A stretch of 62,567 nucleotides of DNA, filler included. It is 8 parts of 8 records of this genome, joined end to end, with 100 filler letters (N's around TTAATTAATTAA, not from the genome) between each part and the next. Parts side by side here need not be neighbours in the genome. Positions count along the whole stretch, not along the records: positions 47,959 to 57,136 come from SRR31147125_33899; positions 57,237 to 62,567 come from SRR31147125_34057; 6 more parts are not named here. One strand, given 5' to 3'. Position 1 is the first letter of the stretch. Each line of letters starts with the position of its first letter. A program made the translations under genes and the position numbers. The notes beneath the pieces are model-generated. The model was not told the DNA's origin. It saw only the letters and a list, made by a program, of their open reading frames with translations, and did no database searches. Shown here in pieces: positions 51,727 to 62,567 of this stretch.

Positions 51727-53548
51727 TTAAAGCCCCTGGATATCTCCATGGCAGTATATAAAATGGTCCTCAGACACCTTTTTTGCCTCAGGTATCATCT
51801 TGTCACATATTCCTTTGACCGTTAGTGGGCAGCGTGTCCGGAACGCACAGCCCTGATCAATGGGAGCGGTACCTGAAAAAGTTGCCCCAGATGAATTTCG
51901 GGTGGCGGTAGCCTCTTCAAGCCATCCCGGGCGCAGTTGCGGTACAGAGGTCATGAGCAGACGGGTATAGGGATGGAACGGCGGTTGAAACACCGCTTGA
52001 GTGGGACCTTGCTCACACACCCGGCCGGCATGAAAGACCACCACCCGATCAGCAATGGCAGAGACCGTGGCAAGGTCATGGGAAATAAAGAGACACGCCA
52101 CCCCCAATCGGGACTGCAGCTCTTTAATCAGTCTGAGAATGGCCTTACCCACCACCGGATCCAAAGCCGACAGCACCTCATCGCAAAGGATCAGAGCCGG
52201 TTTTGCCCCAAACGCCCGTGCCAGGGCCACCCGCTGCTTCTCACCGCCTGACAACTCCGACGGGTACCGGGTGGCGTAGCTCCGGGGAAGCTCAACCATC
52301 TCCAGCAGCTCTGCCACCCGGGCCTGCTTTTTCTGCCCGTAAGGTTGAAATACAATTCCAAAGGACGACCAATGGACTCTTCTATCCGTCTGACCGGGTT
52401 CAAAGTGGTATCAGGGGTTTGAAACACAATCTGAATTTTTTGCCACTGCCGGGGGGTACGACCTCTGACACTGGGGTGTAAAGGCCGGTCATCAAAAAAA
52501 AGCTGTCCGGCAGATGGCGGCAGCAGTCCTGCAATCACCTTGGCAAGGGTGCTTTTACCGCTGCCCGATTCTCCCACCAGGGCCACCACCTCCCCGGGGG
52601 CGATGGTCAGATTGATTCCGCGCAGAATTTGCCTCCCCCTTGACATCCTGACTGGCCATGACTTTCTTGTATAACTTGCCCAGACGCCCTGGGCCGTTAA
52701 AAGCGGAGGATGGCTTGCCTTTTTACCCGGTCTGCCGCCACTAAAATCGCCCGAATTTTTCGGTATCAGGTGTACGGAATCGAGCAACGTGCGGGTATAG
52801 TCCTGTGCCGGGCTTTCCAGCAGAGGTTGAACTTTGCGGTTCTCGATAATCCGGCCCCCATGCAGCACCGCAACCCGGTGGGCCACCTGGGCCACCACTG
52901 AAAGATCGTGGGACACATATATCGCTCCGGTGCCGTTTTTTTCAATGACCGCTTTTATGGCGTTGAGTACCTCAATTTGTGTGGTCACATCCAGCGCGGT
53001 GGTGGGCTCATCAAGAACGAGAAACGCCGGGTTACAGGCCAGGGCCATGGCCAGCATGATCCGCTGCTGCTGGCCGCCGCTCACCTGGTGGGGGTAGTGC
53101 TGTGCCATCTGTCCGGGGAGGGGCAGCTGGAGCCGTTCCAGTAGTTCCACAGCCCGTTTGCCGGCAAGGGCTTTGGGCACCATCCCGTGCACCATCAAAC
53201 ATTCGGCAATCTGATCGCCTAACCGCATGACCGGATTCAGGGCTGCAGCCGCACTCTGGGCCACATATGCCACCTTCCGGCCCCGCACCTTCCGGCGGTC
53301 ATCAAAATCTAAAGAGAGGATATCCTTGCCACAGATATTGATCCCCCCTTTGTCACCCGGGTGCCCGGCCGCAGATAGCCCAGCAGAGAAAGCGACAGGG
53401 TGGTTTTACCCTCCCCGGAGCCACCGATCAGTGCCACCACTTCACCGGGTGCCACATCAAGGCTGATATCCGTTACAATGGGCTGCCATCCACTAAGCGT
53501 GCCCCCCTCAATGGTCAGATTTTCAATGGCCAGGGAACGTATCATCAC
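51727..53548 (-). CDS. Fused DppD/DppF-type double ABC ATPase; frameshifts near 53340 and 52330
   Basis: GGSGEGKT, YPHQVSGGQQQR, DEPTTALD, GESGSGKST, YPSELSGGEKQR, HPYT, GCAFRTRCP. Confidence 0.9.
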
Positions 53549-54406
53549 TGCAGCTCCTGGGGAATGTTACGGCCGTTGTCACCTCCCAGCTCATCCACCA
53601 CCAGGTTAATGCCCACGGCAAACAGTGCAATGGCCCCGGCAGGCAGCAAGGCCGCCCATGATCCGTAAAGCAATCCGGATATATTTTCCCGGACCATTTG
53701 TCCCCAGTCAGCCGCCGGAGGCTGGATTCCCAGTCCCAGGAAACTTAAAGAGGCCAGGGTCAACACCGAATAGGCCATACGCAGCCCGAATTCGCACACC
53801 AGAAGCCCCACGGTATTGGGGAAGATTTCCAGCCGTATGATCGACCACAGATTCTCCCCCGGGCTCTGGCCGCCGACACAAATTCCCGGGTGCCGATATC
53901 CATGGCAATGGATCGGGAGACCCGGGTCACCCGTGCAGCCTGGGGAATGGCAATGGCCAGAACCAGAATAAGGTTGGAAGACCCCGCCCCCGTGATCAGA
54001 ATCAGGGCAAACAAGATCGGAGGATAAGACATCATGATATCCACTATCCGGGTAATCAGTGTGTCAATGATTCCACCGGCCTCGGCGGCAATCAGCCCCA
54101 GGGATATGCCCATGGCAAAGCCTATCAATGTAGCGGCAAAGGCCAGGCCCACGGTCAAGCGGGCGCCGTAAAGCAGACGCGAAAAAAGATCCCGGCCCAG
54201 GTAGTCGGCGCCTAAAAGCCCGACATCACCGGGGGGGCAAAGGCAGTGGTACTCAGGATTTCACCCGGGGAATGCGTAGCCAGCACAGGGCCGAACAGAG
54301 CGACCAGGATATTTAAGACCACAATCACCATGCCTGTCCGGGCAATCCGGGAAAAGCGTTTGCCTGAAGCACTGTTCGGATGGGTTTCACCCAAAAAAGA
54401 CGCCAT
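53545..54406 (-). CDS. DppC-type ABC permease; frameshifts near 54230 and 53860
   Basis: LGADYLGRDLFSRLLYGAR, EFVSAARARG, LSFLGLGIQPPAADWG spread over three frames. Confidence 0.88.
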
Positions 54407-54407
54407 A

Positions 54408-55349
54408 TCAATCTTTCCGTAATCGAGGATTGGTCATCAGCACCAGCAGGTCTGCCAGAAAATTGATACAGATGTAAAAAAAACAAAAGCACAGGGCTGT
54501 GGCCTGAACCAGGGGAATGTCCCTGAAGGAGACTGCATCGATGATCAGGCGTCCTAAACCCGGATAGGCAAAGACCGATTCCACCACCACCACCCCACTG
54601 ATCAGAAAACCAATATTCAGGGCCACCACGTTAATGATGGGGCCAAGTGTGCTGGCAAAGGCGTGCCTGAAAATGATCCGGTGTTTTGACACCCCTTTCA
54701 AAATGGCCATCTCCACATAGGGCTGACTTAACACATCCAGTATCGCAGTTCGGGTCATCCGTGTCATGTAGGCCAAAACCGTCAGGGTCAAGGTCAGACT
54801 GGGCAGCAAAAGGGCCCGGATTTTTTCCGGGAACGTCGAAAATTCCGATACCACGCTGACAGCCGGCAAAATTTGGAAAACAACGGCAAAAAGATAGACC
54901 AGCACAGCACCGGTAAAAAACTCGGGAAGCGACACCCCCACAAGGGAAGTGACGGAGACAAAACGGTCCAGGAAACTGCCGGGATATGCCGCTGAGATCA
55001 ACCCTAAAACAAGGGAGAGCGGCACAGCAATCAGTGCGGTAAAGGCGGCAAGGGACACGGTGTTTTGAAGGGAGTCCAAGATAATACCGGCCACAGGCCG
55101 ATGGGTGGTCAAAGAGTGGCCCAGATCACCGTGGACCAGGCCTGCCAGCCAGTGGGCGTATTGCGCAACAGCCGGCTGGTCCAGGTGCAGTTGTTCACGC
55201 ACTGCCGCCAGGGTCTCCGGGGTGGCATTTTGTCCCAGAACAGCAGAGGCCGTATCCCCGGGCAACAGCTGGGTGCCGGCAAATACCAGCACCGAAGCCG
55301 CCCACAATGTGACAAGACCTGAAAAAAAACGTTGAATCAGAAGTTTCAT
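54408..55349 (-). CDS. DppB-type ABC permease
   Basis: LPGDTA..VLG, HGDLGHS, YVEMAILKG, VVESVFAYPGLG. Confidence 0.93.
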   Translation of the reverse strand: MKLLIQRFFSGLVTLWAASVLVFAGTQLLPGDTASAVLGQNATPETLAAVREQLHLDQPAVAQYAHWLAGLVHGDLGHSLTTHRPVAGIILDSLQNTVSLAAFTALIAVPLSLVLGLISAAYPGSFLDRFVSVTSLVGVSLPEFFTGAVLVYLFAVVFQILPAVSVVSEFSTFPEKIRALLLPSLTLTLTVLAYMTRMTRTAILDVLSQPYVEMAILKGVSKHRIIFRHAFASTLGPIINVVALNIGFLISGVVVVESVFAYPGLGRLIIDAVSFRDIPLVQATALCFCFFYICINFLADLLVLMTNPRLRKD

Positions 55350-56943
55350 TATCCTTCGATCCAGCACGCCTCCTGGGCGTTGAACAGGCCCAGCGAAGTG
55401 ATGGGATTCAAGGTGATGTTTTTCACTTTGGTGGAGGCTGCATCCAGTTTATTGACAAAGGTGGGAATGATGGTGCCGCCGTCATCGCGGATCATTCGCT
55501 CCATGCCGCAGTACAGCTCTTGTCTTTTGGCTTTGTCAAAGGTGGATCTGGCCTCAACCAGCAGCTTGTCAAAATCAGGACGTTTCCAGAAGGTGTCATT
55601 CCATGAGGAATCGGACTTAAACGCTACGGAAAGCTGCATGTTGGCTGTAGAACGCATGCCCCAGTCACACATCAGGAAGGGCTTTTTCATCCATACCGCA
55701 GTCCAGAAGCCGTCTGTGGGTTCGTTGATCACCTTTACCTTGACGCCTGCTTTGGCGGCCATGTCGCTGAAGACAAGGGCACCCTGCTTGGCACCGTTGC
55801 CTTTGTCAGACACGTGCAGCTGAAATTCATGGTTTTCAAATCCGGCCTTTTTGAGCAGGGATTTTGCCCGGTCCGGATCATACCGGCGCTGGGGCAGTTG
55901 ATCGCAGCATTCCGGGAAGATGGGAGCGATGGGATGATCATTACCGGTCTGGGCATTGCCTTTGTACACGATCTGGTTATACCTGTCACGGTCGATCAGA
56001 AGCTTGAGCGCAAGTCTTACATCAGGGTTATCATAGGGCGCCGTTGTGCAGTTCATAATGAAAGGAACGCGGTTGGCCGATGGCGTAGAGAGTACTTGGG
56101 CCCGGGATGAGGCGTTGATCTTATCGATCAGCATGGGATTGAGCGTATCCATCAGATGAATATCCCCGGCCAGAAGGGCGTTGACCCGTGCCACACCATC
56201 GGGAATACTGAAGGTTTCCACCTCATCCACATAAGGCAGGCCGCTTTTCCAGTAATTGGGATTTCTTTCCATCAGGCATCCGTGGCCGGGTTTGAATTTT
56301 TTCAGCTTGAACGGCCCTGTCCCTACGGCGTTGTCAAAGTCGCTCATGCCGTCGGGCACCACGCACAAAAATTTAGAGGTAAACACAAAGGGAAAATCCA
56401 CATTGGGGCGAGATAGGATGACGTGCATGGTGTGTTTGTCCACCGCCTTGATCTCTTTGACATCGGACAGAAATGACCGGCCGCCTGATCCGGTTTTAGG
56501 ATCCATGACCCGGCGCATGGAATAGATCACATCCTTGGCTTGAAAATCAGCGCCGTTATGCCATTCAACCCCTTTTCTAAGCTTAAACACCCATTCATCC
56601 GCATTTTTACTGGCTTCCCAGGATTCAGCCAGCTCCGGTTCGGCTGTCAAGTCCGGGGTCGCACGCACCAGGCGGCTGTAAAGGGACTGGCAGCGCTGTT
56701 GATCTGTCGAACAATAGATTTTTGCCGGATCCAGGATTTCAGACTGACTTCCCCCTCAATGGCAAACCTTAATCGCCCACCCCGGACCGGGGTTGCCGCC
56801 ATTGCCTCAGTTTTCAGCCCGGGCAAAATCAAGTTAATGGCCGGAATGGAGATGCCTAAGCCCATCATGGCTTTAACAAACTGCCGGCGAGTCATCTGTC
56901 CGGTTTCCAATTTATTGACATATTCAAGTGATTTTTTTTTCAT
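55349..56943 (-). CDS. Family 5 (DppA/NikA/OppA) substrate-binding protein with Tat-like leader; frameshift near 56720-56750
   Basis: MTRRQF leader, PVRGGRLR, PELAESWE, LRKGVEWHNG, VGTGPFKL, RYDPDRAKSLL. Confidence 0.9.
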
Positions 56944-57136
56944 CCGAACGTCTCCTAAATAATAAACGTAAATTTGCTTTATATGCGGAATAAGCTTTCA
57001 TTTATATTAGAAGAATACCAGGAGGTCAAAATCAATATCTTAATACGTACATATGATATCTATAGATTTATTCGATTTACATATCGCTGATATGATTAAG
57101 AAATAATCCAATTTTCGTAAATATTCGGTAACCCCC

Positions 57137-57236
57137 NNNNNNNNNNNNNNNNNNNNNNNNNNNNNNNNNNNNNNNNNNNNTTAATTAATTAANNNNNNNN
57201 NNNNNNNNNNNNNNNNNNNNNNNNNNNNNNNNNNNN
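57137..57236. other. Artificial contig linker
   Basis: N44-TTAATTAATTAA-N44. Confidence 0.99.
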
Positions 57237-57380
57237 TTGGACTTAAAACCTGCAATGTGGGTTAACATATCTCAAAATGTGTTTTAAAACATATCTCGTA
57301 TCTTACTGCCTTTCAGGCTCTTATCCTTTGGTTTGAACAAAACCAATTTTTATAATGATGTTTTTTCTATTTGTCTATAT

Positions 57381-57420
57381 AATTGGTCAACCAATTTAGA
57401 ATAGCTGGTCAACCAATTTA
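57381..57420. promoter_or_regulatory. Tandem FadR/GntR-type operator sites
   Basis: AATTGGTCAACCAATT near-palindrome (57381-57396) and AGCTGGTCAACCAATT (57403-57418), 22-bp period. Confidence 0.8.
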
Positions 57421-57422
57421 AA

Positions 57423-58439
57423 ATGAAGTCGAATCTAAATATATTAACTATGAAATGTTTTAGCTACAAAAACTTTTCGTTTAAGGGATTAACAATCTTA
57501 ATCCTTTTTACATTTCTAATTTCTGCGTGCGAGGACTATCCTCAGTACACCGAGGTGGAGAGCAATCCGCCTGAAAGTGCTTTTTCAAGTTCTGTAAATA
57601 ATTTTGAAGTTTCGTTCACGAACAAAGCGTCACATGCAACTTCATATTTATGGGATTTAGGCGATGGAACAACTTCAACGGATGAAAACGTTGTCCATAC
57701 CTATTCAACTAAAGGAAAATACACTGTTAGTTTAACCGCCATCGATGGAAACGGGTTAGAATCAAGTTATTCTGCCGTTGTTCCTGTAGGATTTCCTATT
57801 GCATTGTTTTCTTATGAAGCCTTTAAATTAGATGTTACATTTACCAGTAATTCTGTAAATGCATCTTCTTATTTATGGGATTTTGGCGATGGAGAAACTT
57901 CTACTGAAGAAAATCCGGAGCATTCTTTCCCGGAAGAGGGAAGCTACACGGTTACCTTAACAGCCATTGATGGAACTGATGAAAGTTCGGTTAGCCAGGA
58001 TATTTATGTTGTAGGCAAATACCAGCCTATTATTTTAAGCCCTAGTTTTGAAGGTGAAACAAGCGTTTACCGTGTTGACTGGGATTGGAATGGAGCAAGT
58101 GGATCAGGCTCACCAACTCCTCCGGATGGAACAAACGGTGCCAAATTAGGAAGTGGTGACTGGATTGCACAAACTTTTGCGGTGGAAGCTAATACCAACT
58201 ACAAAGTTAGATATTGGTTTCAAAACGATACGGGAGCCACTGTTGGTTTAAAAATTACTGTTACCGATGGTGAAGATGCTTCAATTGTACTTTTCGATGG
58301 ACAAACAGGACCGTCCACATCGTCTGATGCTTATGGAGAAGCTAGTTTCGAATTTAATTCAGGTAGTTCAACCAGTGTTACTTTGCGTTTCGATTACGGT
58401 GATAAAGAAACCAGGCTTGACCTGATTAGTATTGAATAA
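57423..58439 (+). CDS. PKD-domain lipoprotein with C-terminal CBM-like domain
   Basis: Lipobox LISAC, two SYLWD(L/F)GDG.TST.EN..H PKD repeats, ILSPSFEG beta-sandwich-like domain; alternative start 57450. Confidence 0.88.
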   Translation: MKSNLNILTMKCFSYKNFSFKGLTILILFTFLISACEDYPQYTEVESNPPESAFSSSVNNFEVSFTNKASHATSYLWDLGDGTTSTDENVVHTYSTKGKYTVSLTAIDGNGLESSYSAVVPVGFPIALFSYEAFKLDVTFTSNSVNASSYLWDFGDGETSTEENPEHSFPEEGSYTVTLTAIDGTDESSVSQDIYVVGKYQPIILSPSFEGETSVYRVDWDWNGASGSGSPTPPDGTNGAKLGSGDWIAQTFAVEANTNYKVRYWFQNDTGATVGLKITVTDGEDASIVLFDGQTGPSTSSDAYGEASFEFNSGSSTSVTLRFDYGDKETRLDLISIE

Positions 58440-58499
58440 AACTTGTGTCTACTTAAACAGATAAGAAATAAGAAGAAGCACAATTAAAATCAGCAAAAC

Positions 58500-59219
58500 A
58501 TGGATGTATTAGAGAATTTCAAAGCGATAGAAGTAGAAAGCCCTGTTGATAAAATTATCAAGCAGATTCGTAATTCAATTGTGGCGGGCCAGTTAAAACC
58601 TGGCGATAAACTTCCTTCAGAAAGAAAGCTTTCAGAGTCGTTTGGTATTGGAAGAACTTACGTTCGCGATGCTATAAAAAAACTGGAGTTTTACGGAATT
58701 CTTAAAACACTTCCACAAAGCGGAACCATTGTTTCAGGAGCCGACATTTCGGCAATGGAAGGATTAATTGCAAATGTAATTAATCTAAATGAGAACGATT
58801 TTTTCCATTTAGTTGAAACACGTGTAGTTATGGAAACTTATGCTTGCGGGCAAGCTGCCATACGACGTTCATCTCGCGATATTGCTGATTTGGAAGAAAA
58901 ACTTGACGCTTATAAAGCTAACGTTGATGCAAATTTAGCGGGTGTAAAGGAAGACTTCAACTTTCACCTGAAAATTGCAGACGCTAGTCAGAACAAAGTA
59001 ATTAAGTCGCTTATGCTGATTCTTATTCCCGATATTCTGGAAATTTACCGAAAGCTAAATGTTTGCGGTGGAGGTAGATTTTATAAATCGTACGACGAGC
59101 ACAAAATAATACTCGACTGCATTGTAAAACAAGACTCTAAAGGAGCCGAAGAAGCAATGCGCCTTCATTTAAAAGATGTATTAGATTTTAGCCTCTCGTA
59201 CAAGGGAAGTAAAGAATAA
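58500..59219 (+). CDS. FadR-subfamily GntR regulator
   Basis: LKPGDKLPSERKL...FGIGRTYVRDA HTH; FCD with ETR..ME, D.NFH, EH. Confidence 0.95.
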   Translation: MDVLENFKAIEVESPVDKIIKQIRNSIVAGQLKPGDKLPSERKLSESFGIGRTYVRDAIKKLEFYGILKTLPQSGTIVSGADISAMEGLIANVINLNENDFFHLVETRVVMETYACGQAAIRRSSRDIADLEEKLDAYKANVDANLAGVKEDFNFHLKIADASQNKVIKSLMLILIPDILEIYRKLNVCGGGRFYKSYDEHKIILDCIVKQDSKGAEEAMRLHLKDVLDFSLSYKGSKE

Positions 59220-59482
59220 CTCAAATCAAATTATAAACAGGTAAAACGCATTTCGAACAAAAGAAATGTACCGAACTAAAATGGAAAAAATGCACAGGAA
59301 AAAAATAGTAGCTAAAAAGGATTGACTTTAGAAGCCAATCCTTTAAAGAACCACGGTGAAACTCTTATAAGATATTCAAAACTTGCAGGTAACAAATATC
59401 TAAAAACAAAGAGTAAACCGCGCTCTGCAAATATAACATACTATTGAACAAACGAATTCTTTAATTTTTAAAATCAAGTTAA

Positions 59483-62400
59483 ATGAAAAAATTCTTAAGC
59501 CTTACGATTATTTTACTGGCTTTTGCAATTGGAGCTTCGGCTCAGTCTCAGGTTACTGGAAGTATTATCGATGCAGGTAATAACGAAGCCTTAATCGGAG
59601 CAACGATAGTTGAAAAGGGAACCACTAACGGAACAGTATCCGATATAGATGGAAAATTTTCTCTTACAACAAAAAGTGAATCAGGAGTAATTGTAATCTC
59701 CTTTATAGGATATTTAAGCCAGGAAATTGAAATTACCGGCACAGCCAACCTAAATGTTGCTATGAAAGCAGACATTGCAGGTATTGAAGAGGTTGTGGTT
59801 GTGGGTTACGGTACACAAAAAAATCGCACTTAACAGGTGCTATCTCAAAAGTAAACACCGAGGGAATGGAACAAATTCCTGTTGCACGTGCCGATGAAGC
59901 TCTTATCGGAAAAGTATCGGGTGTTACTATTCAGGTTACCGACGCAAGTGCGGGAGCAAGCCCAACCATCCGCGTTCGTGGTGTTGGATCGATTACTGCC
60001 GATGCATCTCCATTGGTAGTTATGGACGGAGTTGTTGTTGACTCTGATTACCTCGGAAGTATTGACATGAACGATGTTGAATCGATTGAAGTTCTTAAAG
60101 ATGCTGCCTCGGCTGCTATTTATGGTTCGCGTGGTGGTAACGGTGTTGTAATGATTACAACCAAACAAGGTAAAGAAGGAAAAACAAAATTTACTTTCGA
60201 TGCTTATCGAGGTGTAAAATTTACAGCTAATTACGACGACTTTTTCCCAACTATTGCCGAATGGACACAATACGAACTGGATAATAACGACGGCGTACTT
60301 TCTGATAAAATGACCTATGTTAATAAGCTGGGAACCGAATCTGATTGGATTGACATAATGTTTGACGGTGGTACTATTGAAAGTTATTCTTTGAGTGCCC
60401 GTGGAGGTAACGAGCATACAAAATTTGCAATTTCGGGAAGTTACCTTGGCGACGAAGGTGTACTTTTAACTGATGATTACACTAAATTAAACTTCAGGTT
60501 AAAACTCGATACCAAAGTAAACGATTTTATTAGTTTTGGCGGTAGTGTAAATCCATCGTATACAAACAAACGCGATTTCCCAATTGGAGTACACGATGCA
60601 ATTCGTAATATTCGCTGGACACCTATTTATCATGACGAAAATACAATTCAGTATGTAGATCGCAGCATTTATCCTGACGTACAAGTTGGCGATTATGCCC
60701 GCGACAGACATTTTGACAACTACGATTTATACGGCGACGGTGGCGAAACTGACATTAGTAACACTTCGAACCAAAACCCATATGCAAAAGTGGTTGAGCG
60801 TGAAAACAGAACCTACGATTTTAAACTTTTCACTAACGTATATTTAAAATTGAAGTTGGCCGACGGTTTAAACTTTAAAACATCGGCTTCGGCATCATAT
60901 CGCAATCGTCAGGATGAAGACTGGGTAGGATCTCAGGCACATCGTAATGGAGCTTCGGCAATGGAAGCAACGTACAACACCGATGTTTACACGCATTTAA
61001 CCAGCGAAAATTTGTTTACGTACAATAAAACGTTCGATAAACATACAATTGGCGCAGTGGCTGGTGTGGCATGGGAAAAATGGGACATCTACTCGAACGA
61101 CTCGGAAGGTGTTGGTTACGAATTTGATTACATCCGCACTTTAAATGCAGCAACCGAAGTATTTACAACAACCAATAAAAGCGAAGAATCGTTACACGCG
61201 TTAATTGGTCGTTTTAACTATGCGTACGCCGATAAATATTTATTCTCACTAAGTGCAAGATACGATGGCAGCTCGCGTTTTGGTGCCGACACAAAATATG
61301 GTTTCTTTCCTGCAGCATCAGTAGGCTGGAGGGTTACGCAAGAAGATTTCATGCAAGATGTTGCTTTGGTTTCGAACCTTAAACTTAGAGCAAGTTATGG
61401 TGAAACAGGTAACAATAAAGGAATTGGATATTACGATGCAATTGGACGTTTAGGTGCTACCACAGCAATTATCGACGGACAGGCTGTTACAGGATTTAAT
61501 CCGCTTAACCTTGCGAACTACGATTTAGGTTGGGAAAAATCAGCAGAAATGGGTGTAGGTTTCGATTTCGGAATTTTAGATAATCGTTTTACTCTTTCTA
61601 CCGACCTTTATCAAAGAACCAGTAAAGACTTATTACTCGATCAGGATATTCCGTCGGTTACAGGATTTACTGAAGCAACTGTAAACATTGGAGAAGTACA
61701 AAACAAAGGTATTGAGATTGAAATTGGTGCTCGTATCTTAAACAACAAAGATTTAAACTGGAATGTGTCGTTAAATATGTCGCATAACAAAAATGAGTTA
61801 ACCGATTTCGCCGGTGCAAGCGGTTTAATTTCTTATGTCGATGCAAAACGTCCGGCTGAATATATTGCCCTGGAAGGTAATCCTATTTCGTCGTTCTACG
61901 GTTATGTATACGAAAAAGACATTCCGCTGGAATACTTGAAAAATCCATATTATCCGATTGGAGCAACTGCACAGGATGTGTATGTTAAAGATTTAAATGG
62001 CGATGGAGAAATTGATACCGACGACCGTGCTATTTTAGGTTCTCCTTATCCAACTTTTGTATGGGGATTTAACAACAGCTTTAATTATAAAGCATTCGAT
62101 TTTAGCTTTACAGTTCAAGGTTCTCATGGTGCAAAAATCCGTAACATGGATCCACAGTATCTCGAAAATCAATTCTCAAGTAATAAGGATTATACCAGCG
62201 ACTTCCCTGATGCTGACATGGTTGTACAAAAAGTTTTTACAGACCAATATGTTCAGGATGCTTCGTATATCGCTTTAAGGTCTGTTAATTTAGGATACAC
62301 TTTACCAAAGAGTTTGGCTTCAAAAGCAGGTTTAAGTAAAGCACGCGTTTACATCGCTGGCCAAAACTTAATATACAAAATGGCTGATGAATACACCAGT

Positions 62401-62514
62401 TTTAACCCTGAGGGTATTAACGGCGACGATGGCAGCCCGTTAAGAGCTGGATACCAGAGAGGTGCGGCACCTGTGCCACACGCTGTAACTGTTGGTGTTA
62501 ACCTTGAATTTTAA
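59483..62514 (+). CDS. susC: SusC/RagA TonB-dependent transporter; frameshift at ~59820
   Basis: EEVVVVGYGTQK, VRGVGSI, IEVLKDAASAAIYGSRGGNGVVMITTK, RYDGSSRFG, C-terminal F. Confidence 0.96.
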
Positions 62515-62534
62515 TCCTAAAAACAATAGAAATA

Positions 62535-62567
62535 ATGAAAAATTATAGAAGATATATAAGTATTCTC
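62535..62567 (+). CDS. Start of probable SusD lipoprotein (truncated)
   Basis: ATG MKNYRRYISIL 20 bp after the susC stop; identity inferred from position only. Confidence 0.5.
   Translation, partial: MKNYRRYISIL

Noticed and set aside
5197-57236. Seven identical TTAATTAATTAA elements flanked by N runs
   Set aside because: Artificial concatenation linkers. ORFs ending in ...LIN and any association across linkers are artefacts.
5720-59825. More than a dozen frameshifted genes, as possible programmed frameshifting, phase variation or mass pseudogenisation
   Set aside because: Breaks fall mostly in homopolymer runs, in contigs from different organisms, and include an apparent compensating pair in DUF3014 (~7720-7760, where KKIPRAHLPIKPPGG is in another frame). 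This fits sequencing indel error.
1-62567. CRISPR arrays, rRNA, tRNA, IS/transposases, prophage or known defence systems
   Set aside because: I saw no repeat-spacer periodicity, cloverleaf, rRNA-like tract, or recombinase/RT/nuclease motifs by eye; a short RNA could have been missed.

Overview
This window is not one locus. It is eight unrelated contig fragments joined by 100-bp artificial linkers (44 N + TTAATTAATTAA + 44 N), so gene neighbourhoods only have meaning within a fragment. Taxonomic labels are inferences from gene content. (1) 1-5196: flavodoxin-like gene, ferritin, dipeptidase, partial dnaE. (2) 5297-12503, Desulfuromonadales-like: internally deleted hydrolase remnant, BioD/DRTGG Pta-N-like protein, two tandem GSU3473-like microproteins, DUF3014, SAM methyltransferase, orphan Imm27, tautomerase, ArsR, DUF3108, CBS/DRTGG pyrophosphatase. 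(3) 12604-17881, Desulfobacterales-like: sensor kinase, sigma54 response regulator, and a LivK-type binding protein preceded by a Phe/Tyr-rich leader peptide with a cascaded two-terminator attenuator. (4) 17982-23163: secreted propeller protein of unknown function, Tat-exported GH125, partial leuS. (5) 23264-37022: Wzx/Wzy polysaccharide cluster, OPT transporter, yggS, yggT. (6) 37123-47858: FGE-domain protein, sigma54 promoter with an acidic microprotein, a structured intergenic element, ssb, ogt, a signalling cluster, and a stand-alone mtEFG1/spdEFG1-type EF-G with a RecA/KaiC-like ATPase. (7) 47959-57136: operon of a Dpp-type ABC importer, an acetylene-hydratase-like Mo/W-bisPGD enzyme and a non-pyrrolysine MttB methyltransferase. 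(8) 57237-62567, Bacteroidota: PUL with PKD lipoprotein, FadR/GntR regulator, tandem operator, SusC and the start of SusD. Many genes are split at homopolymer runs, most likely by sequencing error. The best candidates for undescribed biology are the leader-peptide double attenuator (16290-16552) and the ABC/Mo-enzyme/MttB operon (48252-56943).
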